DNA of 38,161 nucleotides from a virus. Lineage: Duplodnaviria > Caudoviricetes. Below the pieces are notes generated by a model. It saw only the letters and a program-made list of their open reading frames with translations. It was not told the origin of the DNA and did not search any database. Within the stretch, counting starts at the first letter, position 1, and each line of letters opens with the position of its first letter. The stretch spans positions 1-38,161 of IMG/VR virus record IMGVR_UViG_3300027566_000017, one strand, 5' to 3'. Below are positions 26,070 to 35,338 of the stretch, in pieces. Position numbers and translations under genes: made by a program.

Positions 26070-26657
26070 ATGAATCGAAAATTGTTAAGAATAATTGGAG
26101 CTGTTTTTTCACTGCTCATGCTTTTTAGCTGTATCATATTAACAGCGGAAGCAGGACGAACCGACCAAGAACCAAAGAAAACATACGACATTGTGCGTTC
26201 TGATGAACTGACTGGCGATGAGGCAGATGATGAAGAGGATACAAATTCTGACTCGAACAGTAACTCAGGGAGTAGCAGCAACGACGACGGTCCCATAAAA
26301 AGCAATGAAATATTTACTAATGATAAAATCCTTGGCTATGATATTAAGGAAAGGGATTTCTGGGAACCATTTAAACCATCTAATTGGCTAAAGGTGGCAA
26401 TGGTCAGTGACACCTTTTTTCAAATATTCTGTTTATTATTTGCAGTTTTAGGATTGAGTTGTTTTTCAGGCTCTATACTCGCGTTCCTCAAGAGCATATT
26501 GATTATGGTATTCGCGTTGTTAACAAACAACGACCCCGATGAAGCGATGGCGACTGTAGATAATGAAACAAAAAAGACTACTAAATTTGTGAAAGGTATT
26601 GGTACAGTAGCCTTTTTTATGTGTGTGGTCTGCTTTGGAATGACTTTGATTATATGA
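26070..26657 (+). CDS. Membrane protein: signal peptide, acidic linker, 2-3 C-terminal TM helices (VirB2/pilin-like position)
   Basis: Hydropathy by eye; first gene of the ATPase operon. Confidence 0.65.
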   Translation: MNRKLLRIIGAVFSLLMLFSCIILTAEAGRTDQEPKKTYDIVRSDELTGDEADDEEDTNSDSNSNSGSSSNDDGPIKSNEIFTNDKILGYDIKERDFWEPFKPSNWLKVAMVSDTFFQIFCLLFAVLGLSCFSGSILAFLKSILIMVFALLTNNDPDEAMATVDNETKKTTKFVKGIGTVAFFMCVVCFGMTLII

Positions 26658-26667
26658 GGAAATACTT

Positions 26668-27840
26668 ATGAAAAAATTATGTGCGTATTTCGCACTTCTT
26701 CTTTTATTGATTTTCCTCACCGGTACGGCGATTGCAGAAACAACTGCCAGCAAAGACAGCAAAGGCATCAAGGTCGTAGATTCAAAAAATGGTAAAATAA
26801 AAGACGCTGACGGGAGTAATAATAATCTTGAATACCAGGCTGCTCTGAAAAAACAACTCGAGGAAGACGACGAAGAAGACGAAGAAGTAATCGAGGATGA
26901 AGAGCAGGAAGACGAAGACACAAAGAAAAACGTAAATGGTAATAATGGGGATGGGGAAGGGGGTTTATTAAAAAGTTTAGAAACTGCGTATGAGAATGCA
27001 CAATATTCTGTAATCAATGGTATTATAGATCAACTGTTTGAAGGATCCGTCACGATATTTGAGACGGAAACAGACACGGATAAAAACGGAGATGAGTTAG
27101 TCACTTATAAAATAAGAAATGTAGCGATCAATCCATTTGAACCGGTTTTTGTTAAAAAATCAATTCTATATACCGGTGCATTTTACCTATGTATCGCTAT
27201 ACTTCTTATCCCTGGATCCTACTTAATGCTACTGATCTACAACAACGCAGAGTATCCTTTCGTAGAGGCAATGGAATATTTGACGGGGGAAGAAAGGCCA
27301 TACGATAATGAAATGCAGAAATTTGTCTGTAAAACTGCATTAACGTATTGGTGTATTTCAATTACAACTGTTTTCTTAATTACGGGGCTTAGAAATCTTG
27401 CTATTTCTGCTATCACTCCACATGAAGTCGTGTTACCGGCTTTATATGCCGACTCTATACCTATCAGATTACTTGAAGGTTTAGCGTCATTCAGCAACGC
27501 TTTTGAGTCAAAATTCGGAGTGTATGGTATCCACATTTTCGCTGCAGCTATATTGATTTTGGGCATAATTTCACTTATTATACTCTTCCTAGGGAATATT
27601 AGAGGGTTCGTTACGATTAATGTGATCTTATGGGGTATGTTCTTACTTTGTAACTTTATTGATGTGATTAACACTGGATCCTTATCAGTAGGCATAGGGC
27701 TTTATTTACATTATTCAGATCCAACATACGTCACTGTAGGCATGATATTCGGAGGGGTTCTGAATATTTTCATTGCTTATAGAATTATTAAATGGGCATC
27801 TTCACAACGTTTTATAGATCAAATAGTCGAGGGGTACTGA
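26668..27840 (+). CDS. Polytopic membrane protein (VirB6/TrbL-like architecture)
   Basis: Signal peptide, acidic region, about 5-6 TM helices; GAGGA SD. Confidence 0.65.
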   Translation: MKKLCAYFALLLLLIFLTGTAIAETTASKDSKGIKVVDSKNGKIKDADGSNNNLEYQAALKKQLEEDDEEDEEVIEDEEQEDEDTKKNVNGNNGDGEGGLLKSLETAYENAQYSVINGIIDQLFEGSVTIFETETDTDKNGDELVTYKIRNVAINPFEPVFVKKSILYTGAFYLCIAILLIPGSYLMLLIYNNAEYPFVEAMEYLTGEERPYDNEMQKFVCKTALTYWCISITTVFLITGLRNLAISAITPHEVVLPALYADSIPIRLLEGLASFSNAFESKFGVYGIHIFAAAILILGIISLIILFLGNIRGFVTINVILWGMFLLCNFIDVINTGSLSVGIGLYLHYSDPTYVTVGMIFGGVLNIFIAYRIIKWASSQRFIDQIVEGY

Positions 27841-28829
27841 TGGCAACAAAAAATCTAGCACCTATTGAGAAGATGAGACCTGTCAGGTATCAGCCACATG
27901 TCTTATCAAGTGCGCTAAACATGTTTGGTGGCACTACGACTATGAAATGGTCAACATTGTTCGCTATAATGGGTATGGTAGATGCAGCACTTGGGATGAC
28001 TATTTTTTTCACATTTGGAAGAAAGATTATTTTTCAATTTTTTATATTTAATGCAGTTTCATTCACTGCTGCCTTACTTATGATAGTAGTATTTACTTTA
28101 TGGTTATGGTTTGCAGGACACCCACAGCGATTGGATAATACAATAGGGCGTATGCTTTTCAATAAACGGGTCAGGAAATTTATTGACAAATTCTCTATCT
28201 TCGATGACAGGGTCACCGAAGCTGAAGTACAAAGAATTACTGGGTTTGTGGGATATGATCCTGAAAGCGGGCTGTACCGCACTCTTGTAAACAAAGCTAA
28301 AGATGGATTCTGGGCAATCAGAGGTCATCCTTACAAGGGAAATTGGTGTTACGTGGTGACTGCCAAACCCGATTATACTATGACAGATCACCAGGTGATT
28401 ATTGAAAACATGTATGCTTCGGATAAAACATTCAAAGCAGGCCACTACAAAAACACAGTGATGATTACTGGAAATACGGCAACTAAGGTCCTGCAGGAAA
28501 TGAAGGATAAACTCAAAAAACCCAACATCGATAAATTTTCAGAACAGGCCCTTTACTCAATTCTTGAAATGTATAGAGGGCAAGAGAGCACGAAAGAGCC
28601 AATTTATCTAATACTTTTCGGATTACCTTTTACTCTTCGAAAAGAAACGGCATTACAAAATATGAGAGATATGAGGGCAGGGTACGAAGCCTCGATAAAT
28701 GTCAAGGGGATCAAAACCGAGCTTATTACAGATCCGTATATACTATCTTTGTTAATAAAAGGCGCTCTAACCTGCAAAATGTTTGTTCGTGGGGATCTGC
28801 TTGGGAAGGGTGGTAAATTTGGGAATTAA
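27840..28829 (+). CDS. PrgI/TcpE/VirB3-like protein with two N-terminal TM helices and a soluble domain
   Basis: ATG at 27840 overlaps the upstream stop, GAGGGGT SD; immediately upstream of the VirB4-like ATPase. Confidence 0.6.
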   Translation: MATKNLAPIEKMRPVRYQPHVLSSALNMFGGTTTMKWSTLFAIMGMVDAALGMTIFFTFGRKIIFQFFIFNAVSFTAALLMIVVFTLWLWFAGHPQRLDNTIGRMLFNKRVRKFIDKFSIFDDRVTEAEVQRITGFVGYDPESGLYRTLVNKAKDGFWAIRGHPYKGNWCYVVTAKPDYTMTDHQVIIENMYASDKTFKAGHYKNTVMITGNTATKVLQEMKDKLKKPNIDKFSEQALYSILEMYRGQESTKEPIYLILFGLPFTLRKETALQNMRDMRAGYEASINVKGIKTELITDPYILSLLIKGALTCKMFVRGDLLGKGGKFGN

Positions 28830-31443
28830 AGAACGCTTGATAAGTAGGGCAAAACGTCGAGCTATAAAGAAAGCAGCAAAAGAACATGATGAGCTTGAAG
28901 GGCTGCTTGACCGTGAAATTTCATACTTAATGGCAATAGAAGATGTAGACTCTCCGACGAAAGGACCCGACGCAGGCCTGTTTACAATTTTCAACCAGGA
29001 AGTGCACGCCCAGGCCTTATTAATCGGCGTGAAAGAAAAGTACAATCCGATGCTTAAAGAGTATTCAGAGAATTACGACCTGGCAACCATAGATAGGGTC
29101 GTCAATCTCTGCAGTGTCGATGAAGCAAATGTAATTCTTTCTCACAATGTGATAGGGCTGAAGGAATCGACAAAACACACCTTGCTAAAAGCTGCCCAGA
29201 ACACTGTCAGTAGGGTAAATGCTCAAATTCGTAAAAGACGGGTGAAGCCTGTAAATGCAGCTGTAAATAAAAATGAAGAAAAGAAGCTGGATGCACACAC
29301 CAACGTTACATTGAATGGAATGGATAGTTATGCGTTATTTGCCATGGTATGTGTGGTCCTATCTCCAGACAAAAACATCGTAAAAGACACTATCACAAAA
29401 TTAAAGGATGTGCTGCTCGAGGGTGGTATTAGATCAATTGTGCCTAGATTTGCACAATGGAGTGCAATACAACTAGCCCTACCTATCAACGTAGTTCCTA
29501 TCAAATTCTTCCAGCCAGTCAACGGGCGCACAATCGCTTCAATGTCTCCATTAAGAGACACTCTCTCTGCATTTTCAGGTAAAGGTCCAGTATGGTTTGA
29601 TGAGCTTGATACGCTTCGCCCGTGCCAGATTTGCGCCACCCTCGAAGATCCGGAAGGAGTTTTTATTCTTGGTCCTCCAGGATCCGGAAAAACAACATTA
29701 ATGTGTAAAGTAGCTGCCAGTGCTCGTGCATTGGGCCATAACGTTGCAATGATAGAGCCAAAGGAAGAAACCAAAAAGGGCACTGACTTCCGTAATTTCG
29801 TGAGAGAATATGGTGGAGCAATTGCTATATTTGGCCCGGATGGAATCAACCCAGCGCCTTTAATCATCCCGTATGACAGAACGATGATGGGCACACGGTA
29901 TGCTACATACAGAAAGGCAAAAGACAATTGGATAGACACGGTTGAAGCCATTGTAAAAACGTGGGTAGGAAAACTATCTGAAAGGCAAGAGGGCTTTTTG
30001 GTAGCTACTCTTATTGGGTTGTATATTAGTCGCCATATCCTTAAGCCAAACGGAGATCCCGATAACGTGGAGTTGTGGGATCAACCAGGAGCTCTTGATT
30101 GGCCTTCCATTCATGACTGGCGACTGTATATGAAAGAAGAAGTAAAAAGAAAAGAATCTGATTACTTCAACGACCAGTCTGTCCTTTCACTGTATCACAG
30201 AATGGTAAAAGCGATGGAAGGAGGCACATACTGGTGGTGGGCTAATTCAAAAGAACATATGCAGTTCGACAACAAATTGAAACTTTATGATGTAAGTGGT
30301 GTTCCAGACAGTCTCCAAAGCGCGATTATGATACAAATCTTCGGTGCATTGAATACGGCATACTATTCAAATGATGAGGTCGAGGACAGGCCACAGACAT
30401 ACATAATAATAGATGAAATCAGCTCGATCATCCAGGCTGAGGAATCGATACCGTATATCGATAAATGCATGAGCAAAGGAAGAGCTCCAGGAGTCTCAGG
30501 TGTCCTCGGAACTCAGCACCCTGTAATGAAAGAAAATTTTGTGAATATGGTCAATGCAAACATTAGCAACTTAATAATAATGAATAACTTAACGCCTCAA
30601 AATATACACCTATATTGCGATCCGTTTAATATTGATGAAAAATACCGATTAGATCTTTTGCAACAGGGGTCAGGTTACGGGACATGCTTCCGGAACGGCC
30701 ATGCAACTAAATTCGTCGTCAGACTCGACGAAAAGCTTGACAAAGCACTTCTAGCAAGTCAGAGGGCTGCAGGATCCGATGGAATAGAAAGTTTGACGGC
30801 AGACGAGCGTGGATTTGCAGTCGAAGAAGCTGTCAGACCTATCTACGATAAAGAGCATTTCTTCGTCACAGACTGGCTTGTAAGCAAACCTCGCGGTAGT
30901 TATCCTGGGTATGAATATTCCAACCCTGAAAATCCACTGAGTAGGGGAGGGAAATATGCTGCCTACATAAGAGAGGACCAGGTGAAGAAAATAGAGGGCA
31001 CCCGCGCCGATGGTGAAAAATATCAGGATCTTGTTGGGCCTGAAAGTGTTAAACATTTCGTCATCGTTTGCATCATCACAGGCTGGATGCGCATGCACGG
31101 TTTCCAGGACGTTGTGATACATCACAACAATGGACCCGATATCACATGGCGCGGAGGCTGTCTTGAGTATGAAATGCCAGGAACTCATAATAGTATAGAG
31201 GCTTGGAATGGAAAGCTCAAGAGGGCGAGAGAGGCCGGATTTAAGCACATAATCTTCACAGGAATAGGTTCAGTTTGTACTGAAATGATGGAGAAGGAAG
31301 GAACTGAAGTCACAGCATACGTATATCCTCAGGGTGAGAAATACCTGAGGGCCAAGTTGGAAAGTATCTGGAAGGAAAATTTAGAGCGTGAAGGGCGGGT
31401 CCTAAGCCCTATATCACCCTCGCCACAGGAAGTGGAGGCTTAA
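28819..31443 (+). CDS. virB4: VirB4/HerA-FtsK family ATPase with C-terminal PD-(D/E)XK-like domain
   Basis: Walker A GPPGSGKT (29671-29694), Walker B IIIDE, KGRAPG and GTQ motifs, N-terminal QxxxxxxxLP; start likely TTG 28819. Confidence 0.8.
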   Translation: MGIKERLISRAKRRAIKKAAKEHDELEGLLDREISYLMAIEDVDSPTKGPDAGLFTIFNQEVHAQALLIGVKEKYNPMLKEYSENYDLATIDRVVNLCSVDEANVILSHNVIGLKESTKHTLLKAAQNTVSRVNAQIRKRRVKPVNAAVNKNEEKKLDAHTNVTLNGMDSYALFAMVCVVLSPDKNIVKDTITKLKDVLLEGGIRSIVPRFAQWSAIQLALPINVVPIKFFQPVNGRTIASMSPLRDTLSAFSGKGPVWFDELDTLRPCQICATLEDPEGVFILGPPGSGKTTLMCKVAASARALGHNVAMIEPKEETKKGTDFRNFVREYGGAIAIFGPDGINPAPLIIPYDRTMMGTRYATYRKAKDNWIDTVEAIVKTWVGKLSERQEGFLVATLIGLYISRHILKPNGDPDNVELWDQPGALDWPSIHDWRLYMKEEVKRKESDYFNDQSVLSLYHRMVKAMEGGTYWWWANSKEHMQFDNKLKLYDVSGVPDSLQSAIMIQIFGALNTAYYSNDEVEDRPQTYIIIDEISSIIQAEESIPYIDKCMSKGRAPGVSGVLGTQHPVMKENFVNMVNANISNLIIMNNLTPQNIHLYCDPFNIDEKYRLDLLQQGSGYGTCFRNGHATKFVVRLDEKLDKALLASQRAAGSDGIESLTADERGFAVEEAVRPIYDKEHFFVTDWLVSKPRGSYPGYEYSNPENPLSRGGKYAAYIREDQVKKIEGTRADGEKYQDLVGPESVKHFVIVCIITGWMRMHGFQDVVIHHNNGPDITWRGGCLEYEMPGTHNSIEAWNGKLKRAREAGFKHIIFTGIGSVCTEMMEKEGTEVTAYVYPQGEKYLRAKLESIWKENLEREGRVLSPISPSPQEVEA

Positions 31444-31458
31444 TAAACCTCCTTTTTT
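31434..31458 (+). terminator. Hairpin plus T-tract ending the ATPase operon
   Basis: GGAGG-N9-CCTCC-TTTTTT. Confidence 0.5.
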
Positions 31459-31637
31459 CTGGCTACTATACGTAGTATAGTTTAAGAAAATTTATTTTTC
31501 TTTTAATAAGTTATTTATGTATAGGAAGAGATATCACATGATGCCCAAACAGCAGTTAAAATTCAAAGAAATAAATATAATATATCTTATAATAATATAA
31601 GGGTTCGTTCAAGATCTTACTTATTGGAGTTATTCTT

Positions 31638-31985
31638 ATGGAAGTTTCGGACAAGATAACAAATGATAAAAAACAAAAAAGACAACGGACTCAACAAAAA
31701 GAGACAAATAGTGTGCAAATAGGAGAAATTACCTTAAAACTAGACTGTTTAAAAAATATAACATCTGGACAAGAAGAAACTGGTAGCACTGGGCACAGTG
31801 GAGAGTATAAGCTGTATATAGACCAATGGAAAGAAAAGACCAACAAAGGTAATGTGTATACAGTTCCAGCTAACCAGGTACTTACTCTACGCTTTTCTAA
31901 AGAGGATGTAGACAGCGAAGTAAGAATCTATGTAGAAAAAAAGCCTCTGAAAAAGGATGAGGTAAAGGATGAAATACCTGAATAA
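31638..31985 (+). CDS. Hypothetical protein
   Basis: GGAG SD, 115 aa. Confidence 0.7.
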   Translation: MEVSDKITNDKKQKRQRTQQKETNSVQIGEITLKLDCLKNITSGQEETGSTGHSGEYKLYIDQWKEKTNKGNVYTVPANQVLTLRFSKEDVDSEVRIYVEKKPLKKDEVKDEIPE

Positions 31986-32403
31986 TTACTCTAAAAATCA
32001 GCAAATCGCACTAGCAATATTATCAATGATACTTCTTGGGGTTGGAGGATCTGCAGCTGTAGATCACCAGTCCAGGACTGCAGAAGAGCAGATTGTCGAA
32101 GAGCTTGAACACTTTGACCAATTTGCTTACAAAGCTGAACAAGAAGTAAATCCCTTTATGCAGTCTGTTATCAAGAACCCAACCGAGTACAACCTGAGAA
32201 CTGCAAATAATAGAATTATTATGAGGTATGAGTCTTGGGCTAAAAGAGAGAATGGAGATAACAAGGAGCTATTTCAGCAGTACCTAGGTGCCTGCGGGGA
32301 TGTTGTAGATAGTATGCAAGCCGGAGAGAAAAGCTTCCAAACTAATCAAAAAATTAATGAAATGAATACGCTTTATACTAAATTAAATCCAAAAAAGAAG
32401 TAA
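31969..32403 (+). CDS. Secreted or membrane-anchored helical protein
   Basis: GAGGT SD; N-terminal hydrophobic segment IALAILSMILLGVGG. Confidence 0.7.
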   Translation: MKYLNNYSKNQQIALAILSMILLGVGGSAAVDHQSRTAEEQIVEELEHFDQFAYKAEQEVNPFMQSVIKNPTEYNLRTANNRIIMRYESWAKRENGDNKELFQQYLGACGDVVDSMQAGEKSFQTNQKINEMNTLYTKLNPKKK

Positions 32404-32720
32404 TCCTGTTTTTGAAAAACGTTTTTTATAATTTGTTTCTGCTATAAACCCACAAGCTTTATTTAGTACCGTTCACAATTGTTAATTAAGGTTATTGATC
32501 TCGTTTTACTGCGGGAATTTATGACATTCGATACTTTGGTATGATACACAGTATTTTAAAAACTCCTCATTTTCGTAACAGTCTACACATACCTTTACAA
32601 TTTAAACATTGATTTATTTACCCTTATTTTCCCCTCACCTTCAATGAGATCGTCCAATACAGCGCCTTAGAATCAATCTATTTTTTAGACAGTTAAAAAT
32701 ACTAATAGATATATTTAAAT

Positions 32721-32745
32721 TTGTTAACGGCGTTAACATTATAAA
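32721..32745. promoter_or_regulatory. Late-module palindrome TGTTAAC-GGC-GTTAACA between TATA box and start of the protease gene
   Basis: TATTTAAA at 32712-32719; motif identical to 11314 copy; no SD, probably leaderless. Confidence 0.75.
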
Positions 32746-33771
32746 ATGTCTATTCTAATTGAGGGGATAGCATTCCCCCTGGGCGCGATAAACGTAAATG
32801 GTTGGGGTGTACCATTTTCAGAAGCAGATAACGCCATCAAAAGCCTCAAAACTTCCGTTGTCCGCATATGTTCCCGCATGGATCCACATGGATGTGACTA
32901 TCTCGGAGATCCTAACTCTGAACTCGGTCATGTGGTTGATGCCTGGCAGGATGGGGATAATGTTATGTGTCGGGCTGAGATCACCGATTCAGTTGCCTCT
33001 CAAAAAATCGAAGATAGAACATGGAAACAGAACTGGTCTATTTTTACAGGATTCTTAGATATAGATTCTGGTGGATGGGGTCACGGAATCGCTATCGAAT
33101 CAATCACAATTGTTAATGACCCTGCATGGGAAACTGCAAAATGGAACGTAGTTTCAGCCGCAAAAGACGGAAAACGAAAAGTCCACACCATTTCACCTTT
33201 CAAAATTCTTGCTTCTCAATCCAAAGGAGATGAAATCATAGCAGACGAACCAACCGTAGAAGAGCTGAAAAAACAGCTCGCAGAAAAAGACGCTCTGATT
33301 GAAGAGCTCAAGCCTAAAGCTGAAAGTGTACCTGGGCTTGAAACACAGGTTGCTGACCTTACAGCCAGTAACCAGAAGCTTGAGAAAGACCTCGGAGATA
33401 AAACAAAGCTTGTAGCTTCTCTTGAAAAAGACAAAGCAACCTCCCTCCCTCTTGAAAAATTAGATGAGAGAATCGCTGCAGCCATTGCTAAACATGATCA
33501 GGAAAATGAAGTAAAGAACACCTTAGCAGCTGCCAGAGCAAAGTTTGTAGCTGCCAGGAAGGAAGCTCTGAATCTTGATACTGCAGAAGATGAGTTCTCC
33601 AGCATGTCAGCTGCGGACTTTGAAAAACTTGCTTCCGAACTTGGGACAAAGCTTGGAGCCGGATGGGATAGCGGTCCGGATCCTCAGTATCCTGCAGGTG
33701 GAGGCGGTAGTAGTGGAAGAAAGAGCCCAATTTATGATCCTTATACAAAGACCTATTCACAGGGGGCCTGA
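32746..33771 (+). CDS. Prohead protease fused to scaffolding protein
   Basis: INxNGW, H, WSI and VNDPAW protease motifs, then acidic coiled coil; precedes decoration and capsid genes. Confidence 0.85.
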   Translation: MSILIEGIAFPLGAINVNGWGVPFSEADNAIKSLKTSVVRICSRMDPHGCDYLGDPNSELGHVVDAWQDGDNVMCRAEITDSVASQKIEDRTWKQNWSIFTGFLDIDSGGWGHGIAIESITIVNDPAWETAKWNVVSAAKDGKRKVHTISPFKILASQSKGDEIIADEPTVEELKKQLAEKDALIEELKPKAESVPGLETQVADLTASNQKLEKDLGDKTKLVASLEKDKATSLPLEKLDERIAAAIAKHDQENEVKNTLAAARAKFVAARKEALNLDTAEDEFSSMSAADFEKLASELGTKLGAGWDSGPDPQYPAGGGGSSGRKSPIYDPYTKTYSQGA

Positions 33772-33775
33772 GTAG

Positions 33776-34285
33776 ATGGCAGTACAACCAGGATTTAGGC
33801 CAGTTGACAACATGACCCAGCAGGGACCTGGAATCGATGTGGAATATTTCCAGATAGGTCCAAACGCAACTGCAGCAAAGTGCCTTCCAGGAACTGCCGT
33901 TGTGATGGATACAACTGACAATTACGTCAAAGAGTACACATCAGGAGGAATAGTAATTGGGTTCCTCAGCTACGAAAAGTCACCTGATAAGCCAGCGACA
34001 ATCGATACCGCATTTAAGGTAGGTGACTGGGTTGCAGTTGAGAGGGGGGCTGGAAAGCGTATAAGGGCTAGGCTGGCCACGAGTCAAACAATTCAGATAG
34101 GCCAGGAACTGTCAGTAACCACAGATGGGTATCTGACCGCGGCCACGATCAATGGGGTTGTATCTGTAGTAGAATCCGGGTCAGCCACGAAGAGCACAGG
34201 TAACACTGATGTAATAGCAGATGCCGAAAAGTCTGTAACCACGACTACATCAACAGCTCCAATCTGGGTACTTACGAGGAAGTGA
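33776..34285 (+). CDS. Head decoration (cement) protein
   Basis: Beta-rich, Gly/Ala/Thr-rich, between scaffold and capsid. Confidence 0.7.
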   Translation: MAVQPGFRPVDNMTQQGPGIDVEYFQIGPNATAAKCLPGTAVVMDTTDNYVKEYTSGGIVIGFLSYEKSPDKPATIDTAFKVGDWVAVERGAGKRIRARLATSQTIQIGQELSVTTDGYLTAATINGVVSVVESGSATKSTGNTDVIADAEKSVTTTTSTAPIWVLTRK

Positions 34286-34289
34286 GATA

Positions 34290-35219
34290 ATGACAGGTGA
34301 AAACCCACTACTTACAAGACTTAAGAATGAGTTTGACCCGACGATTACTCCGGTTCTTACTGCTCAGTCAGTAGGCAGGATGTTAATGCCCATCAACGAA
34401 AAGCTTTCTAATCAGGGGCTAGGCGTTCTGACGATTGATGTACTACGATACGTTGCACGGTCCGGAGCAATCACGAACTATGATATCCAGAAAAACATCG
34501 AGGATACCATAGACCTCGCGCAGGATCAGATCCGTATACCTGTACAGCAGGACGCGGTGAGAATCAAACATCGTGACTGGCTTGCATACCAGAAAAAAAA
34601 GATCACCATTGAGGCAGACATCTCTACTGACATGACAAAAAATATTGCAAAAGAGCAAGACAAAGTCATCGTCGATGGGTGGAAGCCACAAGGAACAAAC
34701 TACCTAATTAAAGGAATGTACCAGGTTGCTGGAAATTCAGTCACTGGGGCAGACTCTGGTACTTATGGAAACGTGAAAACCGCTGTAGTATCCTCAATTT
34801 CAAAACTGAAGTTATCAGGGGTTTATTCACGTGGATATAATCTTTCAATGGCTTCTTTCAATTACGGTGAACTTATGGATTCAGAAAACTCTACCGGAAA
34901 AGAGGAATCTCCGGCTATTCTGAAAATCCTGAATGCTGCTGCACCTAACGGGACTATGCCTGGTCAGATTGTTGAAGTTCCGGATCTTGCTGCAGGAACT
35001 GCGATGGTTAGTCCTGTCGCCGCTCAGGAAAATCTAATGTATTTCGACATTATTGAGACACAGGTTCCGGAAAATGACGTATATTTTGAGACTAACAGTT
35101 CCAAATCCGACATTATGATGGAGCAGGTAGGTGCACTTGTACCACGTTTCAAACACCTGGACACTTCCACCATGACTGATCCTTGTGTCTGTAAGATCAT
35201 CAGCTTAGGCACGAGCTAA
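34290..35219 (+). CDS. Major capsid protein, HK97 fold (encapsulin/Linocin-related type)
   Basis: 309 aa; VGRMLMPI and IAKEQDKVIVDG...IKGM patterns; position. Confidence 0.85.
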   Translation: MTGENPLLTRLKNEFDPTITPVLTAQSVGRMLMPINEKLSNQGLGVLTIDVLRYVARSGAITNYDIQKNIEDTIDLAQDQIRIPVQQDAVRIKHRDWLAYQKKKITIEADISTDMTKNIAKEQDKVIVDGWKPQGTNYLIKGMYQVAGNSVTGADSGTYGNVKTAVVSSISKLKLSGVYSRGYNLSMASFNYGELMDSENSTGKEESPAILKILNAAAPNGTMPGQIVEVPDLAAGTAMVSPVAAQENLMYFDIIETQVPENDVYFETNSSKSDIMMEQVGALVPRFKHLDTSTMTDPCVCKIISLGTS

Positions 35220-35230
35220 ATATTCTGTTC

Positions 35231-35325
35231 GGTAACTCAGTAACCCTAGTAACCGTATTTTCTGTTCAAAATCACTATAGACAAAATAGAATAGAATATG
35301 GGTTACTGTGGTTACCTCGGTTACC
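35231..35325. repeat. About 37-bp imperfect inverted repeat built from 3x GTAAC and 3x GGTTAC
   Basis: Arms 35231-35267 and 35289-35325. Confidence 0.85.
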
Positions 35326-35338
35326 TGGAGATGGAACT

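Noticed and set aside
24033-31443. Integrated pleolipovirus (spike, membrane proteins, NTPase)
   Set aside because: The anchored protein is a beta-helix rather than a fusogen-like spike, the ATPase is VirB4-sized, and no Rep or integrase is present; not fully excluded without profile searches
34290-35219. Cellular encapsulin nanocompartment
   Set aside because: The sequence resembles encapsulin-type HK97 folds but sits among protease, portal, terminase and tail genes, so it is a viral capsid
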